Below, in pieces: positions 1 through 10,287 of a DNA stretch of 64,000 bases; position 1 is the stretch's first letter; each line of letters opens with the position of its first letter. The notes beneath the pieces are model-generated. The model was not told where the DNA came from. It ran no database searches and saw only the letters and a program-made list of their open reading frames with translations. Both the position numbers and the translations under genes were made by a program. Where the stretch lies: positions 896,001 to 960,000 of the forward strand of contig OZ255726.1 in assembly GCA_965277405.1 (NCBI GenBank), in the 5' to 3' direction. This DNA comes from Gammaproteobacteria bacterium. GTDB taxonomy: Bacteria > Pseudomonadota > Gammaproteobacteria > G965277405.

Positions 1-292
1 TACAGTTGCGGTCGATGCTGATGCAGATTTGGTCATTTGGAATCCAACGGCGAGCAAAACCCTCTCCGCCAAAACGCAGCAATCCAGCATAGAATTCAGT
101 ATCTTTGAAGGCATGGAAATTCATGGTATTCCAGAAACCACCATCTGTAACGGCAAGCTAGCGTGGCACGATGGCAGGCTCGCCGCCCAATCTGGAGACG
201 GACAATACATCAACAGACCACCGTATGCACCCTTCTACTCAGCCCTAAAAAAACGCCAACAAATGTGTAAACCAAAGGCTGTATTACGCTGA
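1..292 (+). CDS. hydA: Dihydropyrimidinase/D-hydantoinase, 3' end (truncated by window start)
   Basis: DADLVIWNP...SIFEGMEIHGIPETTICNG...GDGQYINRPP is the typical C-terminus of cyclic amidohydrolases. Confidence 0.8.
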   Translation, partial: TVAVDADADLVIWNPTASKTLSAKTQQSSIEFSIFEGMEIHGIPETTICNGKLAWHDGRLAAQSGDGQYINRPPYAPFYSALKKRQQMCKPKAVLR

Positions 293-315
293 ATAGCTGA
301 TATGAAAATGCCTAG

Positions 316-479
316 GGAAGCTCTGATTAACTCGCTAGTGGAGCGAGGTTGCCTGCAATTGCCGCGTATGTTGTGCTATACCTTGCTTGAATACTACAAT
401 ACTGCATTTTTGGGATATTCTTTGTCGGGTTGTAGTGGTTTGCATAAATTGCTTTATAAGCAACTGATTCAGAACTTCT
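316..479. mobile_element. Short MITE derivative with family ends and a different interior
   Basis: CTAG|GGAAGCTCTGATTAACTCGCTAGTGGAGCGAGGTTGCCTGCAATTGC matches one end of the full copies; the far end is degenerate (GATTCAGAACTTCT|TTAG) and its flank overlaps the bamE stop. Confidence 0.65.
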
Positions 480-839
480 TTAGATGGAAAAATCAAGTTC
501 GTCTACTGTTGGCATTGCTTTGATTACTTCATATGATTGTACAATTCCTTGTTGAAAATATACAATTATATGCCCGTTTTTTTCTGTCGTTGCAGAATTA
601 CGCGCATCAAAAGTAAAAACATAGTCCCAACGGTTTGGTGAGAACGTATCAATCAGCAGTGGATTACCCAATACAAACCGTACTTGGTCTTGCGTCATCC
701 CTACTTGTAAACGATCTAGCGCGGTTGTCTCAACAATAATGCCTTGCTGGACGGCCGTACGTTGTATGTATGGGTAGCAGCTAGTTAGAAAAAATCCTAT
801 GAAAACAAACAAGAATGAGTAAATTAGAATGATTCGCAT
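480..839 (-). CDS. bamE: Outer membrane protein assembly lipoprotein BamE (SmpA/OmlA)
   Basis: Lipobox LTSC; QQG...LQVGMTQDQVRFVLGNP..D.F...WDY motif; divergent from fur. Confidence 0.92.
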   Translation of the reverse strand: MRIILIYSFLFVFIGFFLTSCYPYIQRTAVQQGIIVETTALDRLQVGMTQDQVRFVLGNPLLIDTFSPNRWDYVFTFDARNSATTEKNGHIIVYFQQGIVQSYEVIKAMPTVDELDFSI

Positions 840-863
840 AAACAGTAGTGTAGGATAAAGATT

Positions 864-1301
864 ATGAATGTCGATAAAATTTTACGCGCAGCAGCTCTCA
901 AAGTCACTAAAGCAAGAAAAGATATATATGGTTTACTTGCACGTAGTAAATCACCGTTGCGTGCCGATGATATATACCATCAATTTAAAATAGATGGCAA
1001 CCCTACAAGTTTAGCAACAATTTATCGTGTCCTCCTCCAATTAGAACAGGTAGGCCTGTTAAGTAAACATCATTTTGACTCAACTACCGCTTGGTATGAA
1101 CTGGTAAGTATCAAACACCACGATCATCTGCGCTGCCTTGATTGTGGACAATTCGTTGAGTTTTATAACGAAACAATCGAACAAAAGCAAAAAGAAGTAG
1201 CGAGGCAACTTGGTTTTACCATGGTTGACCATACCCTGAATATTCAAGGTCATTGCCAACAAACAAATTGCGATCATAAACAGCAACAAACAGATACGTA
1301 A
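864..1301 (+). CDS. fur: Ferric uptake regulator
   Basis: LKVT..R, SLATIYRVL, HHDHL.C..CG...EF motifs. Confidence 0.93.
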   Translation: MNVDKILRAAALKVTKARKDIYGLLARSKSPLRADDIYHQFKIDGNPTSLATIYRVLLQLEQVGLLSKHHFDSTTAWYELVSIKHHDHLRCLDCGQFVEFYNETIEQKQKEVARQLGFTMVDHTLNIQGHCQQTNCDHKQQQTDT

Positions 1302-1303
1302 CT

Positions 1304-2224
1304 ATGATACAGCAGCGCACACTCAGAACATCCATCAATGCAAAAGGCATTGGTTTGCATTCTGGTGTTCCAGTTATGATGAAGTTACGCCCTGCACCAG
1401 TCAACACTGGGATTATCATCATTCGCACAGATCTGCAAGATAAACCACACATTCATGCAACGGCTACGAATGTCTGCGAAACAGTAATGTGTACTAAACT
1501 CGGCGCTAGCGGTGATACTGGCGTTACAGTTGCAACTGTAGAGCATCTCCTCTCGGCTTTTGCAGGACTTGGAATTGACAATGCGTATGTCGATGTAAAT
1601 GCTGGAGAAATCCCTATAATGGACGGCAGTTCTAGCCAGTTTGTTTTTTTAATTCAATCAGCAGGAATACAGGAACAGCAAGAAAATCGTACTTTTGTAC
1701 GCATCTTGAAAGAGATCAAGATTGACCAAGGCGATCGTTGGGTCAGTCTTAAGCCATTTGAAGGGTTTCTCTTAAAGTTTTCTATTGGCTTTGATCACCC
1801 TTTTTTTGCGAACAAAACATTATCCCAAGTATTCAATTTTTCTAGCACTTCGTACCTGCGTGAATGTATGCGTTCCAGAACATTTGGCTTTCAAAAAGAT
1901 ATTGACTATTTAAAATCAAAAAAACTTGCAATGGGTGGCAGTGAAAAAAATGCCATCGTTATCGGTGATAAAGGTGTAATAAACCCAAAAGGGCTGCGCC
2001 GTAACAACGAACTGATAATGCATAAAATTCTAGATGCTATTGGTGACTTATATCTGCTTGGCCACTTTATCATTGGCAAATTTGAAGGGTTTAAATCAGG
2101 TCATGCCTTAAACAATTTATTACTACGAAAACTACTTGAATCTCCTGACAGTTGGGAGTTTTATCAACCTCCGCCAAACACTGCAATGCCAAGTTACTTT
2201 GCTAAAACAGAAGAAACCGAATAA
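1304..2224 (+). CDS. lpxC: UDP-3-O-acyl-N-acetylglucosamine deacetylase
   Basis: QRTL, GIGLHSG, TVEHLLSA, IPIMDGSS, HKILDAIGDL, KSGH motifs. Confidence 0.97.
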   Translation: MIQQRTLRTSINAKGIGLHSGVPVMMKLRPAPVNTGIIIIRTDLQDKPHIHATATNVCETVMCTKLGASGDTGVTVATVEHLLSAFAGLGIDNAYVDVNAGEIPIMDGSSSQFVFLIQSAGIQEQQENRTFVRILKEIKIDQGDRWVSLKPFEGFLLKFSIGFDHPFFANKTLSQVFNFSSTSYLRECMRSRTFGFQKDIDYLKSKKLAMGGSEKNAIVIGDKGVINPKGLRRNNELIMHKILDAIGDLYLLGHFIIGKFEGFKSGHALNNLLLRKLLESPDSWEFYQPPPNTAMPSYFAKTEETE

Positions 2225-3582
2225 TTAACCAATTGCTTTTCATATTGTAACAACTCCTTGTATAACGCCCCATCAGCATCAAGCTCCTCTAATTCTGTAC
2301 GAAACGTGTGTAACCGCGTATGAATTGATTGTTTTTGCCATGTATCAAAGCGTACTCGCTCAATTTCGCTCATTGTTGCTGGTGCGTATCTGCATTTCAG
2401 CCGATTAAATAACTCTGGTAATCGTGAATCACGAAACTCGCATTGCTGCCATTGTGCAATAGGCTGTTGATGTAACGCTGCAGCTTTGAGCATATCCTGT
2501 TTGTTAAAAAACCCATTGTATAATTGTTCTTCAACATCATCAAGCCCTGTTGACCCAACACTAATTTCAGTACGTGACATCACTTGAAGAATTTTTTCAT
2601 GCAATCGATGTCGTTTTAACACCTCGTAATGTGCAAAGCATTCCTTTACATCTATTCCTAGCTGTATGGCGCGATCCTCGCCCAACAACTTTGCAGGCAT
2701 CACCATCGGACTGCGGTTCAAATGCATACCCTTAATGCGAATGGCAGGGGCGCCATCTTGCTGGCGCGACAGCAACGCACGTAATTCCTCAATTGTCGAT
2801 TGAATAATTAATTGTGGATCACAACTTAAATCAATAACATAGCAACAATTTTGATTATCAGGATCAAACACTATTGGCAGCACAATTGCAGCGCATCCAT
2901 GCGCTGCTGGAAACATTCCTGATATATGCAGCACTGGCTTGCCGATAACTATCTGCATTGCAACTGCATGCTTATTCCGCAATTGTAGCGCAAAAGAAAA
3001 TAGCTTAGGTTGGCGGGTTTGTACTATTTTCATTAGGGCAATCGTCGCATGAACATCCGCCAAAGCATCATGGGCATTGTGTGAAATATCATTGGCAGCT
3101 GTCAAATGCTCTAGGCGAAATGTTGGTATTCCATCAATAAGCTGCCATTGTAATGTTTTTGGACGAATTGCATACACCAACCGCAACACATCAAGCACGT
3201 CCCAGCGGCTATTTCCATTTTGATAATGCCACGTATATGGTTCATATAAATTTCGATAACAGGCATACCGAATAAACTGATCATCAAAGCGTGCAGAATT
3301 AAAACCAACAATGCACGTAGGGGTTTTGGTAAAACACGCATGGATATCTGTAATAAACTGATACTCATTAACCCCATGTTCGCTTGCTAGTTGCGGGGTA
3401 ATATGCGTGACCATCACAGCTTGTGGATGGATTACTTTTTCTAATGGAGGCTTACAATACCAAGGTCCATACGTTTCTATAAGCTGCAACTCGTCATCGG
3501 TACGGACACCTGCAAACTGTGCAATTGCATCTTGCGCAGGATTCAGTCCAAATGTTTCAAGGTCATACCAAACGAACTCCAT
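2194..3582 (-). CDS. sbcB: Exodeoxyribonuclease I
   Basis: WYDLETFG, QFAGVRTD, GFNSARFDD, NSRWD, AHDALADV motifs. Confidence 0.95.
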   Translation of the reverse strand: MEFVWYDLETFGLNPAQDAIAQFAGVRTDDELQLIETYGPWYCKPPLEKVIHPQAVMVTHITPQLASEHGVNEYQFITDIHACFTKTPTCIVGFNSARFDDQFIRYACYRNLYEPYTWHYQNGNSRWDVLDVLRLVYAIRPKTLQWQLIDGIPTFRLEHLTAANDISHNAHDALADVHATIALMKIVQTRQPKLFSFALQLRNKHAVAMQIVIGKPVLHISGMFPAAHGCAAIVLPIVFDPDNQNCCYVIDLSCDPQLIIQSTIEELRALLSRQQDGAPAIRIKGMHLNRSPMVMPAKLLGEDRAIQLGIDVKECFAHYEVLKRHRLHEKILQVMSRTEISVGSTGLDDVEEQLYNGFFNKQDMLKAAALHQQPIAQWQQCEFRDSRLPELFNRLKCRYAPATMSEIERVRFDTWQKQSIHTRLHTFRTELEELDADGALYKELLQYEKQLVNYSVSSVLAK

Positions 3583-3649
3583 ACTTGCCCAATTTCCTCT
3601 AATATTAAAATGGTATTAGATTAAACTGTAAAAGATAAATAATGTCAAA

Positions 3650-3677
3650 TTGACACCGTGGAATTGCTGCCTATTAT
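3650..3677 (+). promoter_or_regulatory. sigma70 promoter of tRNA-Ser
   Basis: TTGACA-16 bp-TATTAT, 9 bp upstream of the tRNA. Confidence 0.7.
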
Positions 3678-3686
3678 GCCAGTATT

Positions 3687-3776
3687 GGAGGGATGGCAGA
3701 GCGGTTGAATGCACTGGTCTTGAAAACCAGCAAGGGTTAACACCCTTCCAGGGTTCGAATCCCTGTCCCTCCGCCA
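3687..3776 (+). tRNA. tRNA-Ser(TGA)
   Basis: GGAGGGA acceptor stem, anticodon arm CTGGT-CTTGAAA-ACCAG, long variable arm, GGTTCGAATCC T-arm, encoded CCA. Confidence 0.97.
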
Positions 3777-3868
3777 TTGCTGTCAAACTCCACCACTTTT
3801 TTGGGTTGATGAAGCAGTTATTTCATGAAACTCTGATTCAATGTGGCGTAACAACAAAGAATTGTAAT

Positions 3869-4819
3869 ATGGCTCAAAAAATTATAATTGATACAGATCC
3901 AGGGCAGGATGACGCCGTTGCTTTGCTGCTGGCACTCGCTTCACCAGAAAATGTTGATGTTTTGGGGGTTGTTGCTGTAGCTGGCAATGTCGGTTTGGCA
4001 CAAAACGCGCAAAACGCCTTAAAAATTGTCGAGTTGAGCGGGAGAGTGGATGTGCCTGTATTTGCTGGTTCCTCTGCCCCGCTACAACGCCGGCCGGTGA
4101 CTGCCGAGCATGTGCATGGTGATACGGGTTTGAACGGTGCTGATCTGCCAGCTCCTCAAATCAAGCTGCAGGAACAAGACGGTGTGGATTTTATTATCGG
4201 CACCATCTTAGCCAATGCAGCCAACAGTGTTACTTTGTGTGCTCTGGGGCCGCTGACCAACATCGCTGTGGCGCTAACGCGGCAACCTAAAATTGCCAAC
4301 CGTATTCAAAAAATCGTGTTGATGGGTGGCGCCTATTTCCAAGTCGGCAACATTACCCCGGCTGCGGAATTTAATATCTATGTGGACCCTGAAGCTGCGG
4401 ATATTGTGTTCCGTTCTGGCGTGCCGATTGTCGTAGCTTCACTCGATGTTACCCACAAAGTTTTGACTAGTAAAAGGCGGCTGCTGAGGATTGCGAACAT
4501 TGGTAACGCATGCAGTGATGCCGTCGTAAAAATGCTCAAATTTTCCGCTCAGTTTGACTTGAAAAAATACGGCTGGGACGGCGCGCCGTTGCACGACCCG
4601 TGTGTGATTGCCTATTTGATCAAGCCCGAACTGTTTGTGGGACGGATGATCAATGTCTCCATTGAAACGCAAAGCGAATTAACGCGTGGGATGAGTGTTG
4701 CCGATTTTTGGAGCGTTATGGACCAAGCTGACTATCCAGCGAATGCCAAGTTTTTATCTGATGTCGATGCCAACGGGTTGTATGACCTGTTGTGCGCACG
4801 ACTGGCGCGGCTACCGTAA
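3869..4819 (+). CDS. Nucleoside hydrolase (IU-NH family)
   Basis: IIIDTDPGQDDA, HVHG..GL, LGPLTNIA, MGG, GNITPAAEFN, LHDP; start moved to ATG 3869, downstream of the tRNA. Confidence 0.93.
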   Translation: MAQKIIIDTDPGQDDAVALLLALASPENVDVLGVVAVAGNVGLAQNAQNALKIVELSGRVDVPVFAGSSAPLQRRPVTAEHVHGDTGLNGADLPAPQIKLQEQDGVDFIIGTILANAANSVTLCALGPLTNIAVALTRQPKIANRIQKIVLMGGAYFQVGNITPAAEFNIYVDPEAADIVFRSGVPIVVASLDVTHKVLTSKRRLLRIANIGNACSDAVVKMLKFSAQFDLKKYGWDGAPLHDPCVIAYLIKPELFVGRMINVSIETQSELTRGMSVADFWSVMDQADYPANAKFLSDVDANGLYDLLCARLARLP

Positions 4820-4994
4820 ATTTTTACCAGACATAATTTTTACTAGACATATATGCTGATAAGAATTATTAAGGGATAACATATAGCTGTTTTCTTTGTT
4901 GTGACAAAGGATTATTGCTGTCATCCCTTACTTAAATTTTCACAATAACAAGTGATTGTAATGCTGTCCTGCTGGTTGCTGTAGGCATCAAGAA

Positions 4995-5417
4995 CTAATT
5001 GACAGTAGTTGTGATTTCAATATTTCCTCGCGTTGCATTTGAATATGGGCAGACTTGGTGCGCGTCTTCCACAAGTTTTTCAGCAATATTTTGTTCCATG
5101 TCGGGCACACTGACCAATAATTCTACAGCAATAGCAAAGCCAACCCCTGTAACGTTTTCACCAATACCTACATGCGCAGTAGCGCTTACATTGTCACTGA
5201 TAGCGAGTTTTTGTTCCTTTGCTACATGTTGCATTGCTCCGATAAAACAAGCAGAATATCCTGCGGCAAAAAGCTGTTCTGGGTTAGTGCCGTTTCCTCC
5301 AGTGCCGCCAAGCTCCTTTGGCACACTCAATGAAACAGCTAATTTGTTATCATCACTGGCTGATGTTCCTTCTCGCCCGCCAGTTGATGTGGCTCGTGCT
5401 GTATATATATTTTGCAT
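4995..5417 (-). CDS. ohr: Organic hydroperoxide resistance protein
   Basis: GGREG, TNPEQLFAAGYSACF, AHQVCPYSNATRGN. Confidence 0.96.
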   Translation of the reverse strand: MQNIYTARATSTGGREGTSASDDNKLAVSLSVPKELGGTGGNGTNPEQLFAAGYSACFIGAMQHVAKEQKLAISDNVSATAHVGIGENVTGVGFAIAVELLVSVPDMEQNIAEKLVEDAHQVCPYSNATRGNIEITTTVN

Positions 5418-5491
5418 GTAATTTCCTTTTCCTTAGGTTGTAACAGATAGTATTCAGTCAATGATATGTTTGACTGAATGATTCGGCTTAG

Positions 5492-5774
5492 TGAAGCTCT
5501 GATTAATTCCATGATGGGCGAGACGGAGAAAAAACGCTGATGATAACTAGACGCAGCACTTGATAATACTGGTGGTATTATCAAGTGCTGCAACGACGTT
5601 AGCGCAGCGTTTTTTCCCGTCCTTCTGTTGAATATACAACGGTTTGATGGTAGCGGTACTTGCTGTGTTGCATCCCTTGGCGTATATGCTATGGCATGCG
5701 CCTGCGGAATGCGCCTTGCAATCATCAGCAATTGCCATCAAACTCGCCCCATCAGCGACTTAATCAGAGCTTCC
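5492..5774 (+). mobile_element. MITE, full copy, TSD TTAG/TTAG
   Basis: TIRs TGAAGCTCTGATTAA...TTAATCAGAGCTTCC; near-identical to copies at 13629, 16729, 36754 and 41192. Confidence 0.92.
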
Positions 5775-6123
5775 TTAGGCTATGATACTAGTAACTAGGA
5801 GCATTATTTCAAGTAATCAGAACTGCTTTGGCGAGGAATTGCTAATTATGATACTGATGTGTTGCTATTGCTATAAAAGTGTTAGCATGCTGTATTGTGA
5901 GAGTGGGCACAGTAACATTCACAATCCATCAATAAATAAGACGAAAGTTTTTTGATGAACTGTGATAGATTGCTCACTGTTAGTCGTCGTAGATAATATA
6001 AGTATGGGCTATGCGCAGGCTTGTGGGTGTTTCTACCTGAGTTATTCCCACAAACAGTTTTAGAAAATTTTACGATTCATTATATTTATGTACCAAAGAA
6101 AACCAATGTCCTTTGCCAATAAT

Positions 6124-7440
6124 ATGCGTATCAACAAGCTGTGTATTCAAACGATTATTGCGTTGACGGTGATGGTGTTTGGGCATGGAGTTTATGCGGA
6201 AGATAATGCCATCACAATTCAAATTTCTAAAGGCATTGTCGCACCAGTTACTATGGCAATTTCTCCATTTTTTCGTGCTGCAGGCATTGATGCGAATATT
6301 AATGTGGTTGATGTCATCAGGCAAGATATGCGCTTAAGTGGCGAGATTGTGGTATTGCCAGCGAATAAGTATTTAAGTTTGCCAAGCCGCGCTGATGAAG
6401 TGTTTTGGAGCGATTGGGAGAATATTGATGCAGAGTATTTATTGATTGGTCGTGTCCGCAAAGACGGAGCCAACCATCGCGTAGAATATGAATTATTCGA
6501 TGTTTTTGGTCGGCGTACAATCGGCGACGAGTATTTAATTTTTACCAAAAAAAATGTTCGGTCGGTCGGTCATTTGATTTCTGATTATATCTATAAAGAA
6601 ATCACTGGGCTACCAGGAGTGTATTCAACAAAATTGGCATATGTGCTAATTGATGGGAAACGAGAGACTCACCCAACATTCCTTTTGCAGATTTCCGACT
6701 ATGACGGCAAACGTGCCCAGACTATTTTAAAATCAAAACAGCCAATTATTTCGCCAACGTGGGCTCCCAATGGCTATGACATTGCGTATGTGTCGTATGA
6801 GCGCGGTCAGTCAAATATTTTTAGCCAAAACGTGCGCACAGGAAAGCGGCAGATCATTACTTGGTTTAAAGGCTTGAATAGTTCTCCAGCATGGTCGCCA
6901 GATGGCAAAAAACTTGCAATTGTGCTGTCCCGTGGTGCCAATGCAGATATTTATTTATATACCTTTGCCAACAAAAAATTTACCCGATTGACGAAGCATC
7001 TGGGGATTGATACGGAGCCTAGTTGGTCGGCAGATAGCAACACCTTGTTGTTTACCTCAGAACGTGCTGGCGGATCACCGCAGATTTTTAAATTGAATTT
7101 AACGAATAAAACTATTCACCAAATAACAAGCGAGGGTCAGTATGCAACCCATGCGCGCTACAGCAATGGCGGTCGTGCCATTGTATATATTAAGAAGATT
7201 GGCAATGTGTATAAATTAGTCCACCATAATTTAGCTACACGAGAAATAAAGCCGCTTGGCAATAGCCGCGATTATGATGAATCACCAAGCGTTTCTCCAA
7301 ATGGCAATAGAGTAATATTCTCAACAAAAATAAACGGGCGTAGTGTGTTAAAGATAGTCTCAGTAGACGGCACTGTTGAACATACACTGCCGTTTAAGAA
7401 AGGCGAAGTGCTTGACCCAGCTTGGTCTGGTTATCGATAA
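6124..7440 (+). CDS. tolB: Tol-Pal beta-propeller protein TolB
   Basis: Signal peptide, H..SD.IY..ITG..G, and repeated SP.WSPDG/DTEPSWS PD40 blades. Confidence 0.93.
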   Translation: MRINKLCIQTIIALTVMVFGHGVYAEDNAITIQISKGIVAPVTMAISPFFRAAGIDANINVVDVIRQDMRLSGEIVVLPANKYLSLPSRADEVFWSDWENIDAEYLLIGRVRKDGANHRVEYELFDVFGRRTIGDEYLIFTKKNVRSVGHLISDYIYKEITGLPGVYSTKLAYVLIDGKRETHPTFLLQISDYDGKRAQTILKSKQPIISPTWAPNGYDIAYVSYERGQSNIFSQNVRTGKRQIITWFKGLNSSPAWSPDGKKLAIVLSRGANADIYLYTFANKKFTRLTKHLGIDTEPSWSADSNTLLFTSERAGGSPQIFKLNLTNKTIHQITSEGQYATHARYSNGGRAIVYIKKIGNVYKLVHHNLATREIKPLGNSRDYDESPSVSPNGNRVIFSTKINGRSVLKIVSVDGTVEHTLPFKKGEVLDPAWSGYR

Positions 7441-7467
7441 TAACTAGCGTGCAATACGCAAATAATA

Positions 7468-8619
7468 ATGACCGCAACACTGCGCCCAGTCCGCTTTATC
7501 ACCATTGGTTCTGCGATGATAGATATCATTGCGTTGATTGGTAAAGATGACATAGAAAAAGTATCGTTTACTAACGCAATAACAGCTTTTCTATTGGTTG
7601 AACCAGGCCGAAAAATAGAAGCAAAAAAAATATTTACCAATGTCGGGGGTGGTGCAATCAATACCGCTGTGTCAATGAAACGCCTCGGTGGTGATGGTGC
7701 GGCAATGGTGCGGATTGGTGATGATTTTGATGGCAAAAAAATAACGCAATTCCTAGAAAAACATGACATTGCTACACGGCTCATAATCACTGACGCAGCG
7801 CAGCAAACAGGCAGCGCTGTGTTGATTACAGCGCATGATTATAATAATGCTATCTATACCTATCGCGGTGCCAACACTGCATTTATTGCAGCAGAATTTG
7901 CCGCTAAAATTTTTTTAGATGTTGATGTGCTACATATTTGTCCGTTGAGTGGTCGATCTGCAAACCACCTACCAAGAATCATTCAGCAAGCGCGAGCGCA
8001 GCCAAATGTTTTTATTTCAGTGAATCCTGGAATTCGCCAAATGACAGCGCATGCTACTAAACTTTTTTCTCTTGTCGCTCAAATCAATCTGCTCGCGTGT
8101 AACGCGGTAGAGGCTGGAGTTTTAGCGCAGGCCATTGCTCATTTTCTGCATGAAGATATTAGCGAACACAGCATAAAAAAACGCCATGTTGATATCAATA
8201 CAGCATGCAAACTTTTGCATACAGGCGCCCCAGTCGGCACAACTGGCCAGACTATTGATGTGCTATGGTTGATGCAAGTGCTCCTCAAGCAAGGACTTGA
8301 ATATGGCTTGATAACCGATGGCAGCAACGGCGCGTATTTATACAGCAAAAGCGGTATTTGGTATCAACCATCGCTGCTGAGTAAGGGGATTCGCGGCACA
8401 GCAGGGGCGGGGGATGCGTATATATCCACAGTAGTATATTTATTGAACACAGGGCTAGCACCTGAGTTAGTTGTTGCGTATGCTGCCATGAATGCGGTCA
8501 ATGTTATCGAACATTTAGACACTCACTCTGGATTATCGTCGCTAGCAAACTTGCAATTACAACGTGATGAAAACACTCCATCGCCGCAGTTTATTTGTTT
8601 TACGCATACACCGGGTTAA
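7468..8619 (+). CDS. PfkB-family carbohydrate kinase
   Basis: GGGAINTA, G.D..G and GTAGAGDAY signatures. Confidence 0.85.
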   Translation: MTATLRPVRFITIGSAMIDIIALIGKDDIEKVSFTNAITAFLLVEPGRKIEAKKIFTNVGGGAINTAVSMKRLGGDGAAMVRIGDDFDGKKITQFLEKHDIATRLIITDAAQQTGSAVLITAHDYNNAIYTYRGANTAFIAAEFAAKIFLDVDVLHICPLSGRSANHLPRIIQQARAQPNVFISVNPGIRQMTAHATKLFSLVAQINLLACNAVEAGVLAQAIAHFLHEDISEHSIKKRHVDINTACKLLHTGAPVGTTGQTIDVLWLMQVLLKQGLEYGLITDGSNGAYLYSKSGIWYQPSLLSKGIRGTAGAGDAYISTVVYLLNTGLAPELVVAYAAMNAVNVIEHLDTHSGLSSLANLQLQRDENTPSPQFICFTHTPG

Positions 8620-8623
8620 CGCT

Positions 8624-9919
8624 ATGACTACTGAATTGTTGTCGCCTGCAGGCACCCTCAAGCATTTGCAATATGCCATAGCATATGGCGCAGATGCAGT
8701 ATATGCTGGGCAGCCACGATATAGTTTACGCGTACGCAATAACTCATTTAATAAAATTGAACATATCAAAACAGGTATAGCAACCGCGCATGCCCAAGGA
8801 AAGTTATTTTTTTTAGCGAGCAATATTGCCGCGCATAATGACAAAGTTAAAACCTATATTCGCGACTTAGAGCCAATCATTGCCTGTCGTCCAGATGCGC
8901 TGATTATGTCTGATCCAGGGCTTATTATGCTGGTTCGTGAACGCTGGCCAGAGCAAGTCATCCATCTGTCAGTACAAAGCAATGTTGTCAATTACCAAGC
9001 GGTGACGTTCTGGCAGAACATCGGCGTGCAGCGCATTATTTTATCCCGTGAGTTATCGCTAGATGAGATTCGTGAAATCCGCCAACTATGCCCAGATATT
9101 GAATTAGAAGTATTTGTCCACGGTGCGCTGTGCATGGCGTATTCTGGTCGCTGCTTGTTGTCTGGATATTTTAATCATCGCGATGCAAATCAAGGCGCGT
9201 GCACCAATGCATGCCGTTGGAAATACGATACCTTTGCGACAAATAAAACAGCAAGTGGCGATTACGTGAAACAGCACGACCCCGTCGCTATCGAAGAAAA
9301 AACGCGTCCTGGTGAATACATGATTGCTGACGAAGATGAACACGGCACGTATATTATGAATTCAAAAGACCTGCGTGCCATCGAGCATGTCCACCAACTA
9401 TGCCGCATTGGTATAAATTCACTCAAAATTGAAGGGCGGACAAAGTCGTATTATTATGTAGCAAGAACCGCACAATTATACCGACGAGCAATCCACGCCG
9501 CTGAACAAGGTATCCCGTTCGACCCACAATGGCTATTCGAATTAGACAAACTGGCGAATCGTGGTTATACAGAAGGTTTTTACCGCAGGCACACCCCAGC
9601 AGATGAGTTGCAAAACTACGAACAGGGTAGTTCGCAAAACTTTAACCAGCAATTTGTTGGTGAAATTACTGATGTCATGGAAAAAGAATTGACGATTGAA
9701 GTCAAAAATAAGTTTGTTGTCGGCGACACATTAGAAGTCATCTCACCTACAGGCAATCATCAATTTGTGCTGGATTCAATGCGCGATAAAAACGGCATCG
9801 CCACAACTGCAGCGCTCGGCTCTGGGCATTTGGTGACTATTCCAAATCCAACAGGAATTGCTGATATACAATATGGCTTATTAGCGTGTAATCGTAACAA
9901 AATGGAACAGGCAGCATGA
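8624..9919 (+). CDS. trhP: U32-family prephenate-dependent tRNA hydroxylation protein TrhP (YegQ)
   Basis: ELLSPAG, YGADAVYAGQPRYSLRVRNN, VHGALCMAYSGRCLLSGY, CTNACRW, SLKIEGRTKS. Confidence 0.93.
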   Translation: MTTELLSPAGTLKHLQYAIAYGADAVYAGQPRYSLRVRNNSFNKIEHIKTGIATAHAQGKLFFLASNIAAHNDKVKTYIRDLEPIIACRPDALIMSDPGLIMLVRERWPEQVIHLSVQSNVVNYQAVTFWQNIGVQRIILSRELSLDEIREIRQLCPDIELEVFVHGALCMAYSGRCLLSGYFNHRDANQGACTNACRWKYDTFATNKTASGDYVKQHDPVAIEEKTRPGEYMIADEDEHGTYIMNSKDLRAIEHVHQLCRIGINSLKIEGRTKSYYYVARTAQLYRRAIHAAEQGIPFDPQWLFELDKLANRGYTEGFYRRHTPADELQNYEQGSSQNFNQQFVGEITDVMEKELTIEVKNKFVVGDTLEVISPTGNHQFVLDSMRDKNGIATTAALGSGHLVTIPNPTGIADIQYGLLACNRNKMEQAA

Positions 9920-10287
9920 GCAACAGACAACAACCAACTCCGCGCAGTGAGCGCCGCGAAAAAATCGCCAGTTTGATACAAAAAACACTCGCTCCATTGC
10001 TGCAACAATCGCATATTATTGGCATTGAATTGTTGAGTATTCATTATGTGCGGATGAATAAAGATTTAAGCATTGCAACTGTATATGTCGATAGTTTTGA
10101 TCTCGATAAAGATATGGCAGTGGTATGTAAGCAATTGAACGCACACAGTTATGTGTTGCGCCGACAATTAGCGACTCGCGTGGCGCTAAGACGCATACCT
10201 GAACTACGCTTTGCTATTGACGCATCGCTGACGCGTGGTAATCGAATTGAGAGTATTATCGACAACTACCAAGCGTTGCAAGAGTGA
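9916..10287 (+). CDS. rbfA: Ribosome-binding factor A
   Basis: DLSIATVY, LRRIPELRF..D.S motifs; lies upstream of truB. Confidence 0.9.
   Translation: MSNRQQPTPRSERREKIASLIQKTLAPLLQQSHIIGIELLSIHYVRMNKDLSIATVYVDSFDLDKDMAVVCKQLNAHSYVLRRQLATRVALRRIPELRFAIDASLTRGNRIESIIDNYQALQE

Noticed and set aside
3650-3868. N-terminal extension of the nucleoside hydrolase
   Set aside because: It spans the tRNA-Ser promoter and gene; the family N-terminus begins at ATG 3869
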